Origin: Candidatus Eiseniibacteriota bacterium
GTDB lineage: Bacteria; Eisenbacteria; RBG-16-71-46
DNA: 64,000 nt
Direction of reading: 5' to 3'
Assembly: GCA_963744995.1 (NCBI GenBank)
Contig: CAVUWA010000009.1
Span: forward strand, 96,001 to 160,000
The translations under genes were made by a program, and so were the position numbers. Below the pieces are notes generated by a model. That model saw only the letters and a program-made list of their open reading frames with translations, was not told the origin of the DNA and searched no databases. Of the stretch, positions 47,104-56,285 are shown one piece after another; positions within the stretch are counted from its first letter, which is position 1, and each line of letters starts with the position of its first letter.

Positions 47104-48413
47104 GCGCCGCGGGAGGGGCGCCGCCGGGGTCCCCGTTCGTCGCGCTGCAGCACCGGAATTTCCGGCTGCTGTGGGGCGGTCAGCTGCTGTCCAATTCCGG
47201 CACGAGGATGCAGACCGCGGCGATCCTCTGGCACGTCTCGCTGCTCGTGCCGGCATCGCAGCGCGGTCTCGCGCTCGGCATGGTCGGACTCGTGCGCATC
47301 GCGCCGATCATCGTGTTCTCGCTGATCGGCGGCGTGGTCGCCGACAGCATCGACCGCCGCCGGCTGCTGCTGGTCACCCAGACCGGGATGGCCGTCTGTG
47401 CCGCGCTGCTCACGCTGCACGGCCTGAGCGGTGCGACCTCGCTGTGGCCGATCTACGCGCTGACGGCCACGAGCGCCATGTTCACGTCCTTCGACGGCCC
47501 GGCCCGCCAGTCGCTGTTCCCGAACCTGGTGCCGCGCCAGCACCTGTCGAACGCGATCAGCCTCAACACGATCATGTTCCAGACGGCTTCGGTCGCCGGC
47601 CCCGCGCTCGGCGGGCTGGTGATCGCCGTCGGCGGCGTGGGCTGGGTGTACGCGATCAACACCCTGTCGTTCGCATTCGTGATCGTCGCCCTGCTGCTGA
47701 TGCGCGACGTGCCGCAGCACGGCGCAGCGCGGGTGAGGGGACTCAGTCGCGCCGCGCTCACCGAGGGGCTCGGTTTCGTGTTCCGCACGCCGCTGATCCG
47801 CTCGACGATGCTGCTCGACTTCTTCGCGACGTTCTTCGCTTCGGCGCTCGCGTTGCTGCCGATCTTCGCGCAGGACGTCCTGCACGTCGGCGCGGGAGGC
47901 TACGGTCTGCTCAGCGCGGCGCCGTCGGTGGGGGCGATCCTCACCAGCGTGGCGATGGTGCCGATGATCGAACGCATCCGCCGGCGCGGCCCGGTGATGC
48001 TGTGGTCGGTCGCCGCCTACGGCCTCGCCACCGTGGTGTTCGGCATCTCGCGCTCGTTCTGGATCACCTTCCTGTGCCTCGCGATCAGCGGTGCGACCGA
48101 CACCGTGAGCACGGTGATCCGCAACGTGATCCGCCAGCTGCACACGCCGGATCACCTGCGCGGCCGGATGACCGGTGTCAACATGATGTTCTTCATGGGC
48201 GGGCCGCAGCTCGGCGAGCTCGAGGCGGGTCTCGTCGCGAACGCCGTCGGCGCGCCGCTCTCGGTGATCACCGGTGGGATCGCCTGCATGATCGCCACCG
48301 CCACGGTCGCCTGGCGCACGCCCGGGCTGCGCGCCTACCGGAACGAAATGGGCCCGGCCGAGGCCCCGCCGCGGACCGGACCGGCGCAGGAACCCCGCGC
48401 GCCGGGGGCCTGA
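47100..48413 (+). CDS. MFS transporter (EntS/DHA3-like)
   Basis: NFRLLWGGQLLS, GGVVADSIDRRRLL (motif A), PDHLRGR, about 12 TM helices. Confidence 0.9.
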   Translation: MSAAGGAPPGSPFVALQHRNFRLLWGGQLLSNSGTRMQTAAILWHVSLLVPASQRGLALGMVGLVRIAPIIVFSLIGGVVADSIDRRRLLLVTQTGMAVCAALLTLHGLSGATSLWPIYALTATSAMFTSFDGPARQSLFPNLVPRQHLSNAISLNTIMFQTASVAGPALGGLVIAVGGVGWVYAINTLSFAFVIVALLLMRDVPQHGAARVRGLSRAALTEGLGFVFRTPLIRSTMLLDFFATFFASALALLPIFAQDVLHVGAGGYGLLSAAPSVGAILTSVAMVPMIERIRRRGPVMLWSVAAYGLATVVFGISRSFWITFLCLAISGATDTVSTVIRNVIRQLHTPDHLRGRMTGVNMMFFMGGPQLGELEAGLVANAVGAPLSVITGGIACMIATATVAWRTPGLRAYRNEMGPAEAPPRTGPAQEPRAPGA

Positions 48414-48508
48414 CCCGGCGCGCGGCGATCGGCGACCCGCGGGGCATGTGATACAAATCAGGCGGTCCCTCCGACATCCTCCCGCAGCACTTCGAACGGA
48501 GCCATGCC

Positions 48509-50545
48509 ATGTTCCACGCGCGTTCCGGCTTCATGGCCTTCGCGTTGACCGTCATGTCTTTGTCGTTCGCCCTCCCCGCGCCCGCGCGCGCCGCCGCGCC
48601 CCCCTGGGACCGGGCCGACATGGACACCACCGTTTCCCCCTGCACCGACTTCTTCCATTACGCCAACGGCGGCTGGCTCGAGCGCACCGAGATCCCCGCC
48701 GCCTTCTCGGGCTGGGGCAGCTTCAGCATCCTCGCCGAGCGCAACCGTGCACAGCTGCACGGCATCCTCGAGGAGGCCGCCGCCGACCGGAAGGCGGCGA
48801 AGGGCTCCAGCGTGGCGCGCCTCGGCGCCTACTACCGCGCGGCGATGGACTCGGGCGCCATCGAAAAGGCCGGCCTCCGGCCGGCCCGGCCGCTGCTCGA
48901 CGACGTCGCCGGCGTCGCCTCGACCGCGGCGCTCGCGCCGACCGTGGCGCGCCTGCAGCTGGACGGCGTCCGCGTGATGTTCGGCCTCGGCGTGCGCCAG
49001 GATCCGAAGCGGAGCGATCTCATGATCGCGGTGGCCATGCAGGGTGGTCTCGGGCTGCCGGACCGCGATTTCTACACGCGCACCGACTCGTCTTCGGCAG
49101 CCCTGCGCGACGCGTACGTCCGGCACGTGGCACACCTGTTCGAGCTGGCCGGCGACGACGCGCCTGCCGCGGCGCGCCGGGCGGCGACGGTCATGGACAT
49201 CGAGACCGCGCTGGCCGGGGGCTCGATGACCAACGTCCAGCGACGTGATCCGGTCGCCACCTACCACAAGGTGCCGCTGGACACGCTGCGCGCATGGGCG
49301 CCGCACTTCGACTGGACCGCGTTCCTGAACACCGGGGGTATCGAGGACCTCGACTCGGTGGACGTCATGCAGCCCGACTTCTTCCGCACGCTCGATGCGC
49401 AGCTCGCCGCGCGGCCCGTCGAAGCGTGGCGCGACTACCTCGCCGCGCACGTGCTGCGCGACGCCGCGCCGATGCTCAGCAGCGCGTTCGCCGACGAGGC
49501 GTTCGACTTCGCGCGGCACCTGAACGGGGCGCAGATCCAGCTGCCGCGCTGGCAGCGCAGCCTGCGCTGGACCGACCGCGACCTGGGCGATCTGCTGGGG
49601 CAGGAGTACGTCCGCCGTTACTTCCCGCCGGCGGCGCGCGACGAGGCGCTGACGCTGATCCACAACCTCGAGGCGGCGCTGCAGACGCGGCTCGAATCGC
49701 TGGCCTGGATGGGCCAGGCGACGCGCGAGAAGGCGCTCGACAAGCTCCACGCGTTCGAGGAGCACATCGGCTACCCGGACCACTGGCGCACCTACGAGGG
49801 ACTGGAGCTCGGTCCGACGCTCTACACGAACCACCTGAGCGCCCAGCGCGTGGAGTCGCAGCGTCAGATCGCCAAGCTCGGCAAGCCGGTGGATCGCGGC
49901 GAGTGGTTCATGACGGCGCCGACGGTGAACGCCTTCTACAGCTCGTCGCTCAACAGCATCAATTTCCCGGCCGGGATCCTGCAGCCGCCGTTCTTCGACC
50001 CGTCCTGGGACGCCGCGCTCAACTACGGCGGGATCGGCGCCGTGATCGGCCACGAGATGACCCACGGCTTCGACGATCGCGGCCGGCAGTTCGACGCCGC
50101 CGGCGATCTGACCGACTGGTGGACCGATCAGGACGCGGCGAACTACAAGGCCCGCGCGGATCGCGTCGTGGATCAGTTCAACGGCTACACGGTGCTCGAC
50201 GGCCTGCACGTGAACGGGCGCCTCACGCTGGGCGAGAACATCGCCGACCTCGGCGGCCTGGCGATCGCCTACGCGGCGATGGAGAAGGCGCTCGAGGGCA
50301 AGCCGCACACGAAGATCGACGGTTTCACGCCCGAACAGCGGTTCTTCCTGGCGTGGGCGCGGGTCTGGCGCCGCAAGGATCGTGACGAGGCGCTGCGGAC
50401 GCTGGTGCAGACCAACCCGCACTCGCCGGCCGAGTGGCGCGTGAACGGACCGCTGTCGAACCTGCCCGAGTTCCAGCAGGCGTTCGGCTGCAGGAGCAGC
50501 GACCCGATGGTGCGGGCGGACGATCTGCGCGCGCGGATCTGGTGA
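48509..50545 (+). CDS. M13 family zinc metallopeptidase (PepO/neprilysin-like), secreted
   Basis: Signal peptide, PCTDFFHYANG, VNAFY, FPAGILQ, HEMTHGFD, GENIAD, HSP. Confidence 0.95.
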   Translation: MFHARSGFMAFALTVMSLSFALPAPARAAAPPWDRADMDTTVSPCTDFFHYANGGWLERTEIPAAFSGWGSFSILAERNRAQLHGILEEAAADRKAAKGSSVARLGAYYRAAMDSGAIEKAGLRPARPLLDDVAGVASTAALAPTVARLQLDGVRVMFGLGVRQDPKRSDLMIAVAMQGGLGLPDRDFYTRTDSSSAALRDAYVRHVAHLFELAGDDAPAAARRAATVMDIETALAGGSMTNVQRRDPVATYHKVPLDTLRAWAPHFDWTAFLNTGGIEDLDSVDVMQPDFFRTLDAQLAARPVEAWRDYLAAHVLRDAAPMLSSAFADEAFDFARHLNGAQIQLPRWQRSLRWTDRDLGDLLGQEYVRRYFPPAARDEALTLIHNLEAALQTRLESLAWMGQATREKALDKLHAFEEHIGYPDHWRTYEGLELGPTLYTNHLSAQRVESQRQIAKLGKPVDRGEWFMTAPTVNAFYSSSLNSINFPAGILQPPFFDPSWDAALNYGGIGAVIGHEMTHGFDDRGRQFDAAGDLTDWWTDQDAANYKARADRVVDQFNGYTVLDGLHVNGRLTLGENIADLGGLAIAYAAMEKALEGKPHTKIDGFTPEQRFFLAWARVWRRKDRDEALRTLVQTNPHSPAEWRVNGPLSNLPEFQQAFGCRSSDPMVRADDLRARIW

Positions 50546-50551
50546 ACCCGG

Positions 50552-50579
50552 GGGGCGGGGGCCGTCGGGCCTCCGCCCC
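50552..50579. terminator. Hairpin between convergent M13 and RND genes
   Basis: ggggcgggggcc-gtcg-ggcctccgcccc, a 12-bp stem. Confidence 0.5.
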
Positions 50580-50584
50580 TGCGT

Positions 50585-53500
50585 TCAGTGCTCGGCGCCG
50601 GGCGCGGCGCCGCCTTCGAACGCGCCGTCCGCGGGGCGCGCGGGCGCGTGCGCCCCGCGGTGCTCGGCGCCCCTGAGCCGTGCGATCAGCCGCGCGACGT
50701 GCTGCGGCGAGCGCGTACGACGCGCGATGACCGCGTAGAGCGCGGGTACCGCGAACATCGTCAGCACCGCGGAGATCGTGACGCCGAACACGACCACGAT
50801 GCCGATCGGCTGCCGCGATTCGGCCCCGGCGCCGCCGGTAATCAGCAGGGGGATCGCACCGAACGTCGTGGCGGCGCTGGTCATCAGGATCGGCCGCAGC
50901 CGGATCACCGAGGCCTCGACGATCGCTTCGCCGAACTCGCGGCCCCGATCGCGCAGCTGGTTCGCGAACTCGACGATCAGCACGCCGTTCTTGGCCGAGA
51001 GGCCGATCAGCAGGATCGCCCCGATCTGTGTGAACACGTTGATGCTCGCTCCGTAGGCCCACAGCCCGAGCAGCGCCCCGGTGAGCGCGAGCGGTACCGT
51101 GACCATGATCACGATCGGGTGGATGAAACTCTCGAACTGCGCCGCCAGCACCAGGAACACGATCAGCAGCGCGAGGCCGAAGATCGCGTAGAGGCTGCTG
51201 CCGGTGCGCCGGAACTCGCGACTCTCGCCGTCCCAGCTGATCCGCGCCGCCGCGGGCAGCGTCTTCGTCGCCTCGCGGCCGAGGCGGTCGACGGCCTGGC
51301 CAAGGCTCACGCCGGGGTGCAGGCCGGCATCCATCGTGATCGCGCGCATGCGGTCGAAGCGCCTGAGCGTGCTCGGTGCGGCGGTCTCGGTGAGCGTCAC
51401 CAGGTTGGCGAGCGGAATCAGGTCGCCGCTCGAGCTCGAACGCACGTAGAGGTTGACGAGATCGCTCGGACTGCGCCGGTCCGCCGCCTCGCCCTGCAGG
51501 ATCACGTTGTATTCCCGCCCGCGATCCACGTACGTGGTGACGATGCGGGAGCCGAGCATCGTCTCGAGGGTACGGCCGATGCTGGCGAGGGACACGCCGA
51601 GCGTCGCGGCACGGTCGCGGTCCACGGCGATCTTCATCTGCGGCTTGCGCTCCTGGTAGTCACTGTCCACGTTCACCAGCTCGGGCATGCCGTCCATCGT
51701 GGCCTGCATCATGTCGCGCCACTGGCGCAGCTGGGCGTAGTCGGGCCCGCCGAGGACCAGTTCGACGGGGCGGCCGTCGCCGCGGATGCCGAGGCTCTGC
51801 GGGGTGACCACGTTGATGCGCACCCCCGGCAGTGCGCCGAGCTCCTCGCGTATGCGGTCCGCGACCTGCTCGGCGGATTCCCTGCGCTTGCCCCACGGCT
51901 TGAGGATCACCACGCCGCGCGCGCTGTTGACTTCGCCGGTCGAGCCGAAGCTGCCGGGCAGGCGCAGCAGCACCCGCCTGGCGGGGCCTCCATCGCTCAC
52001 CTCGGCCATCAGAATCGACTCCATCTGCCGGGCGTAACGGTCCGTGTAGTCGAAACTTGCGCCCTCGGGTGCGCGCATGGTGACGAAGAACACGCCGCGA
52101 TCCTCCTGAGGCGCGTACTCGGTGGGCAGCAGCACGAGCAGCACGCCGGCAAGCCCCATCACCACGAGGGTCCCGGCGAGGATCCGCCACGGCCGCCGCA
52201 CGGCCCGCTCGACCAGTCCGCGATAGCGGGCGGCGAGCTTCTGGAACGCCTGATCGATCACGTGCGGCAGGCCCTTGCGGGTCTCGTCGCCGCGGAACAG
52301 CTTGGAGCTCATCATCGGCGACAGCGTGAGCGCGACGAGGCTCGAGAACATCACCGCGGCGGCGAGGGTGATGCCGAACTCGTTGAACAGCCGTCCGACG
52401 TCGCCCTGAATGAACGACAGCGGCACGAATACCGAGATCAGCACGAGCGTCGTGGCGATGACCGCGAAGCCGATTTCCTTCGAGCCCTCGAGCGCCGCCA
52501 GCAGCGCCGGGCGTCCGGCCTCGACGCGCCGGTAGATGTTCTCGAGCACGATGATCGAGTCGTCCACCACCAGCCCGATCGCCAGCACCAGTCCCAGCAG
52601 CGTCAGCGTGTTGATCGTGTAGCCGAGCGCCGCCATCACCATGAACGTGGCGATCACCGAGACCGGCACGACCACGGCCGGCACCAGCGTGGCACGCAGG
52701 TTGCCGAGGAACGCGTAAATCACGACCAGCACCAGGATGATGGCGATGACCAGCGCCTTGACCACCTCGTGCATCGAGGCTTCGACGAACTCGGCGCGGT
52801 CGTAGTTCACTTCGATCTTCATGCCCTCGGGAAGGTCCGACCCCATGCGCCCGACCTCGGCCCGTACGCCGCGCGAGACATCCACGGTGTTCGCCGTCGA
52901 GAGCTGCTCGATCGACAGGGACACCGCGGGCTGGCCGTTGGTGCGGGCGATGCTGCGCTCGTTCTGTGCGCCGAGCCGCACGTCGGCGACCTGGGCGAGG
53001 CGCACGATCTGGCCGTCCGTGCCGCGCCCGACGACCAGGTTTCGGTAGTCGCTCTCGGTGGTGTAGGTGGTCTCGGTGCGCAGGGTGAACTCGCGCTGCG
53101 AGGACTCGAGCCGGCCGGCCGGCAACTCGACGTTCTCGGCACGCAGCGCGTTCTCGACGTCTGCGACCGTCACGCCGTGCGCGGCGAGCGCTTCACGATC
53201 GAGCCAGATGCGCATGGCATAACGCCGCGCGCCGGAGATCCGCACCCGCGCCACGCCCGGCACGGTCGAGAGCCGGTCCACGATGTAGCGTTCCGCGTAA
53301 TCGGTGATCTCGAGCCCGCTCATGCGGTCCGACGACACGTTGAGAAACATCACCGAGCGGGTGTCGTTGTCGACTTTGGCGATCTCGGGCGGGTCGGCGC
53401 CTTCGGGCAGATCGGCCACCACGCGCGCCACGCGGTCACGGATGTCGTTGGCGGCCTCGTCCACATTGCGGTCGAGGCTGAACTCGGCGCGGATCTCGGA

Positions 53501-53764
53501 GCGCTCGTCCTCGCTCGACGAGGTCAGCTTGACGATACCTTCGAGGCCGGCGATGCGGTCTTCGATCAACTGCGTGATCTTGGTCTCGACGACTTCGGCG
53601 GAGGCGCCGCGATAGGCCGTCTCGATCGTCACCACGGGCGGATCGATCGCCGGGTACTGGCGCACGGGCAGCCGGAACAGCGCCGCGAGGCCGAGGATCA
53701 CCAGCAGCAGCGACAGCACGGTGGCGAACACCGGCCGCCGGATCGAGACGTCGGAGATGATCAC
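50585..53764 (-). CDS. RND efflux permease (AcrB/AcrD/AcrF family)
   Basis: IRRPVFA, GLVVDDSII, AKNGVLIVEF, RLRPILMT. 1059 aa. Confidence 0.95.
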   Translation of the reverse strand: MIISDVSIRRPVFATVLSLLLVILGLAALFRLPVRQYPAIDPPVVTIETAYRGASAEVVETKITQLIEDRIAGLEGIVKLTSSSEDERSEIRAEFSLDRNVDEAANDIRDRVARVVADLPEGADPPEIAKVDNDTRSVMFLNVSSDRMSGLEITDYAERYIVDRLSTVPGVARVRISGARRYAMRIWLDREALAAHGVTVADVENALRAENVELPAGRLESSQREFTLRTETTYTTESDYRNLVVGRGTDGQIVRLAQVADVRLGAQNERSIARTNGQPAVSLSIEQLSTANTVDVSRGVRAEVGRMGSDLPEGMKIEVNYDRAEFVEASMHEVVKALVIAIILVLVVIYAFLGNLRATLVPAVVVPVSVIATFMVMAALGYTINTLTLLGLVLAIGLVVDDSIIVLENIYRRVEAGRPALLAALEGSKEIGFAVIATTLVLISVFVPLSFIQGDVGRLFNEFGITLAAAVMFSSLVALTLSPMMSSKLFRGDETRKGLPHVIDQAFQKLAARYRGLVERAVRRPWRILAGTLVVMGLAGVLLVLLPTEYAPQEDRGVFFVTMRAPEGASFDYTDRYARQMESILMAEVSDGGPARRVLLRLPGSFGSTGEVNSARGVVILKPWGKRRESAEQVADRIREELGALPGVRINVVTPQSLGIRGDGRPVELVLGGPDYAQLRQWRDMMQATMDGMPELVNVDSDYQERKPQMKIAVDRDRAATLGVSLASIGRTLETMLGSRIVTTYVDRGREYNVILQGEAADRRSPSDLVNLYVRSSSSGDLIPLANLVTLTETAAPSTLRRFDRMRAITMDAGLHPGVSLGQAVDRLGREATKTLPAAARISWDGESREFRRTGSSLYAIFGLALLIVFLVLAAQFESFIHPIVIMVTVPLALTGALLGLWAYGASINVFTQIGAILLIGLSAKNGVLIVEFANQLRDRGREFGEAIVEASVIRLRPILMTSAATTFGAIPLLITGGAGAESRQPIGIVVVFGVTISAVLTMFAVPALYAVIARRTRSPQHVARLIARLRGAEHRGAHAPARPADGAFEGGAAPGAEH

Positions 53765-54819
53765 CGCGGGACCTCGATCGAGCGCAGCACCTGGACGGGT
53801 TTCCCGGCGCGTGCCTTCTGCGTGCCTTCGGCGACCACCGTCTCGCCGGCGGCGAGCCCGGACACGACCTCGACCGCGCCCGGCCGGCGGCGCCCGATGT
53901 GCACCTCGCGCTTCTCGACCGCGCCATTCCCGGCGACCACGAACACGAACACGCGGCTCTGCTCCGGGACCAGTGCCTGCTCGGGAACCATCAGCGAGAC
54001 GATGTCCTCGCGCAGCAGCCGCACGCTCATGAACATGCCGGGCTTGAGGATCCCGCGCGGGTTCGGGAGGATCGCACGCACGACGACCGTGCGGCTCACC
54101 GGATCCACGCGCGTGTCCACCGAGATCACCCGGCCGCGGAACGCCGAATCCGGGTAGGCCGCACTGCGGGCCCGTATCGGCAGCCCGGAGCGCACGTGGG
54201 CGAGCGCGGTTTCCGGAACGTTGAAGTCGAGCTTCATCACGTGGGTGTCATCGAGTGTGGTGATCACGTCGTCCGGCCCGACCAGGCTGCCCAGGCTCAC
54301 GCGCCGGAGGCCGAGCCGGCCCGCGAAGGGGGCGCGCACGACCGTCTCGTCGAGGCGGGCTTCGGCGGCGTCCAGCGCGGCCTGATCACCGTCGCGGCGC
54401 GCCTTGAGCGGCTCGAGCTCGGCCTCCGACACCAGGTGGTCCTCGAACAGCTTGTGGCTGCGGTCGAAGCGCGACTGCGACTCGGCCAGTGCCGCTCTTG
54501 CCGCCGCCACCGCGGCCCGGACTTCGCTGTCGCGCAGCTCGATCAGGACGGTCCCCGCGGCGACGTGCTGGCCCTCCTCGAAGCGGATCGCCGACACCGC
54601 CTCCCTGATCTGCGGTCGGATCTCCACCGACTCGTTCGCGCGCAGCGTGCCGAGCGCTTCGACCGTGAGCGGAAACTTCATCTTCGTGGCTTTCGCCACG
54701 ATGACCCCGGGCCCGTCGGCACGCGCATCGGCCGCCGCGCCCGGGAGGGCCAGGACGGGCAGCAGGAGGAACAGGAGGAGCTGGAATGGAGAAGCGGCCA
54801 CGGGACGTCTCGGCATCAT
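53761..54819 (-). CDS. RND membrane-fusion (periplasmic adaptor) protein
   Basis: GTLRANESV, F.EGQ.V..G..L, RAPFAG.LG, LKPGMF, SGL..GE.VV.EG. GTGA overlap with the permease. Start uncertain. Confidence 0.92.
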   Translation of the reverse strand: MMPRRPVAASPFQLLLFLLLPVLALPGAAADARADGPGVIVAKATKMKFPLTVEALGTLRANESVEIRPQIREAVSAIRFEEGQHVAAGTVLIELRDSEVRAAVAAARAALAESQSRFDRSHKLFEDHLVSEAELEPLKARRDGDQAALDAAEARLDETVVRAPFAGRLGLRRVSLGSLVGPDDVITTLDDTHVMKLDFNVPETALAHVRSGLPIRARSAAYPDSAFRGRVISVDTRVDPVSRTVVVRAILPNPRGILKPGMFMSVRLLREDIVSLMVPEQALVPEQSRVFVFVVAGNGAVEKREVHIGRRRPGAVEVVSGLAAGETVVAEGTQKARAGKPVQVLRSIEVPR

Positions 54820-55134
54820 GGGGAACCACCCGATGGTGATTGGAGAAACGACCCGCGACTGTAGCACGGCCCACACGGTCCGGCGCGCATGCGGACGGCC
54901 GTCCTGCTGTCAGCGGCCTTTACGATTTCTCGGGCCGCGCCGGCACCCGCGACGCGGGGCCCGTTCGCAAGGTTCGATGGCAGGCGGGCTTGCCGTGCGT
55001 GGCGCGCCGCTTGCTGACCTGGCTCGCTGGTGTCCGAAGTTCCGCCGATTCGGTGCAGGATGCGCCGCGGGCGCGCACCGGATGACATGGGGAGGTCAGA
55101 TCAGGGCCGCCCCGCCGCCGGCAGGAGGGATCCG

Positions 55135-55953
55135 ATGGAACTGTCGTTGCAGTACGCCGCCGTACGCTCGCGGCTGCGCACCTACCTCGGCGCGCACGAG
55201 CGCCTCCTCGACGCCTTCCGCGTGCTGCGCTGTGTGCTGGTTCAGGGACCGTGGCAGTCCTGGATGATCCGCCGCTACCGCGCGCGGCACGTGAACCCGC
55301 CGCTCGCGCTCAACGAGCGCACCCTGTTTCCGGAGCTGGACACGGCGGGCGCGGTTCGCGACCTGCGTCGCGACGCGTGCGCCCGTGGGCTCGACGTTCC
55401 AACCGGGCGCGTGGACGGGATCGCCGCATGGGCCAAAGCGACCGGCGGCAAGCGGATCGACCACCCGGAACGGGACTGCGCCGCGATCCGCGAGCTGGCC
55501 CACGATCCGGCGATCGTGGAAGTCGCCCGCGGTTACCTCGAGGCCGAGCCGGTGTTCCTCAAGAGCCAGATCTACTGGACGGTCCCGGACGGCACCGCCG
55601 TCGGCAACGCGCTGGCGGCCGCCGAGGGCGGACGTTTCCACTACGACCTCGCCGACATCCGCGCGCTCACCGTGTTCATCTACCTCACCGATGTGGACGA
55701 GCACTGCGGGCCACACGTGGTGATCCGCGGCACGCAACGGCGCCGCACGCCCGGCGAGATCCTGCGGCGCTTCATCAGCGACGAGCACGCGGCGCGCGCC
55801 TACGGCGGCCGCATCGAGATGATCACCGGTCCGCGCGGCACCGGCTGGTTCGAAGACATCACCTGCTATCACAAGCAGGCCCCCGCCGAGCGGGTGCGCG
55901 GCATGCTGTACCTGATCTACTCGCTGCACCGGCGGCCGGACACCGCGGGGTGA
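55135..55953 (+). CDS. PhyH-like Fe(II)/2-oxoglutarate dioxygenase
   Basis: FHYD (HxD), VFIYLTDVDEHCGPHVVIRGT, GPRGTGWFED..CYHK distal His, downstream Arg. GGAGG RBS. Confidence 0.75.
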   Translation: MELSLQYAAVRSRLRTYLGAHERLLDAFRVLRCVLVQGPWQSWMIRRYRARHVNPPLALNERTLFPELDTAGAVRDLRRDACARGLDVPTGRVDGIAAWAKATGGKRIDHPERDCAAIRELAHDPAIVEVARGYLEAEPVFLKSQIYWTVPDGTAVGNALAAAEGGRFHYDLADIRALTVFIYLTDVDEHCGPHVVIRGTQRRRTPGEILRRFISDEHAARAYGGRIEMITGPRGTGWFEDITCYHKQAPAERVRGMLYLIYSLHRRPDTAG

Positions 55954-56232
55954 GGAAGCCGGAGCGTCGCGGCCGGTGCATGCGGGATCCCCGCACGCCC
56001 GGCGGCGGCCCGCGGGCGGCGGCATAGGAGACCGCGGCAGCCGGCGGGCGATGCCGATGCGCATCGCGCGGCGTCGCGCGATGCCCGCCTCCCGCGCCCG
56101 GCCGCGCGGCGGTTCCCCTGCGTGTCCGGCCGCCCACGCCGACGTGTCCCGGCCGACACGGGCGCGCCGCACGCCCGGCCACGGCCCTCCTGCGCCGCAA
56201 CGGTTTGCGACGGCGCACCCATCCGTACTCAA

Positions 56233-56248
56233 CGGCACCGACGTTGCA
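56233..56248 (+). promoter_or_regulatory. Sigma54 (-24/-12) promoter candidate
   Basis: CGGCAC-CGACG-TTGCA versus consensus TGGCAC-N5-TTGCW, with correct GG-N10-GC spacing, about 37 nt before the ATG. Confidence 0.6.
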
Positions 56249-56285
56249 AAACCAGGCCTCCAGTCCACTTCCAAAGGAGGAGGTC

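Noticed and set aside
50585..54819. RND pump as part of the copper system
   Set aside because: It looks like a generic AcrB-type permease rather than CusA/CzcA, lies 11 kb away, and lacking a linked TolC is common.
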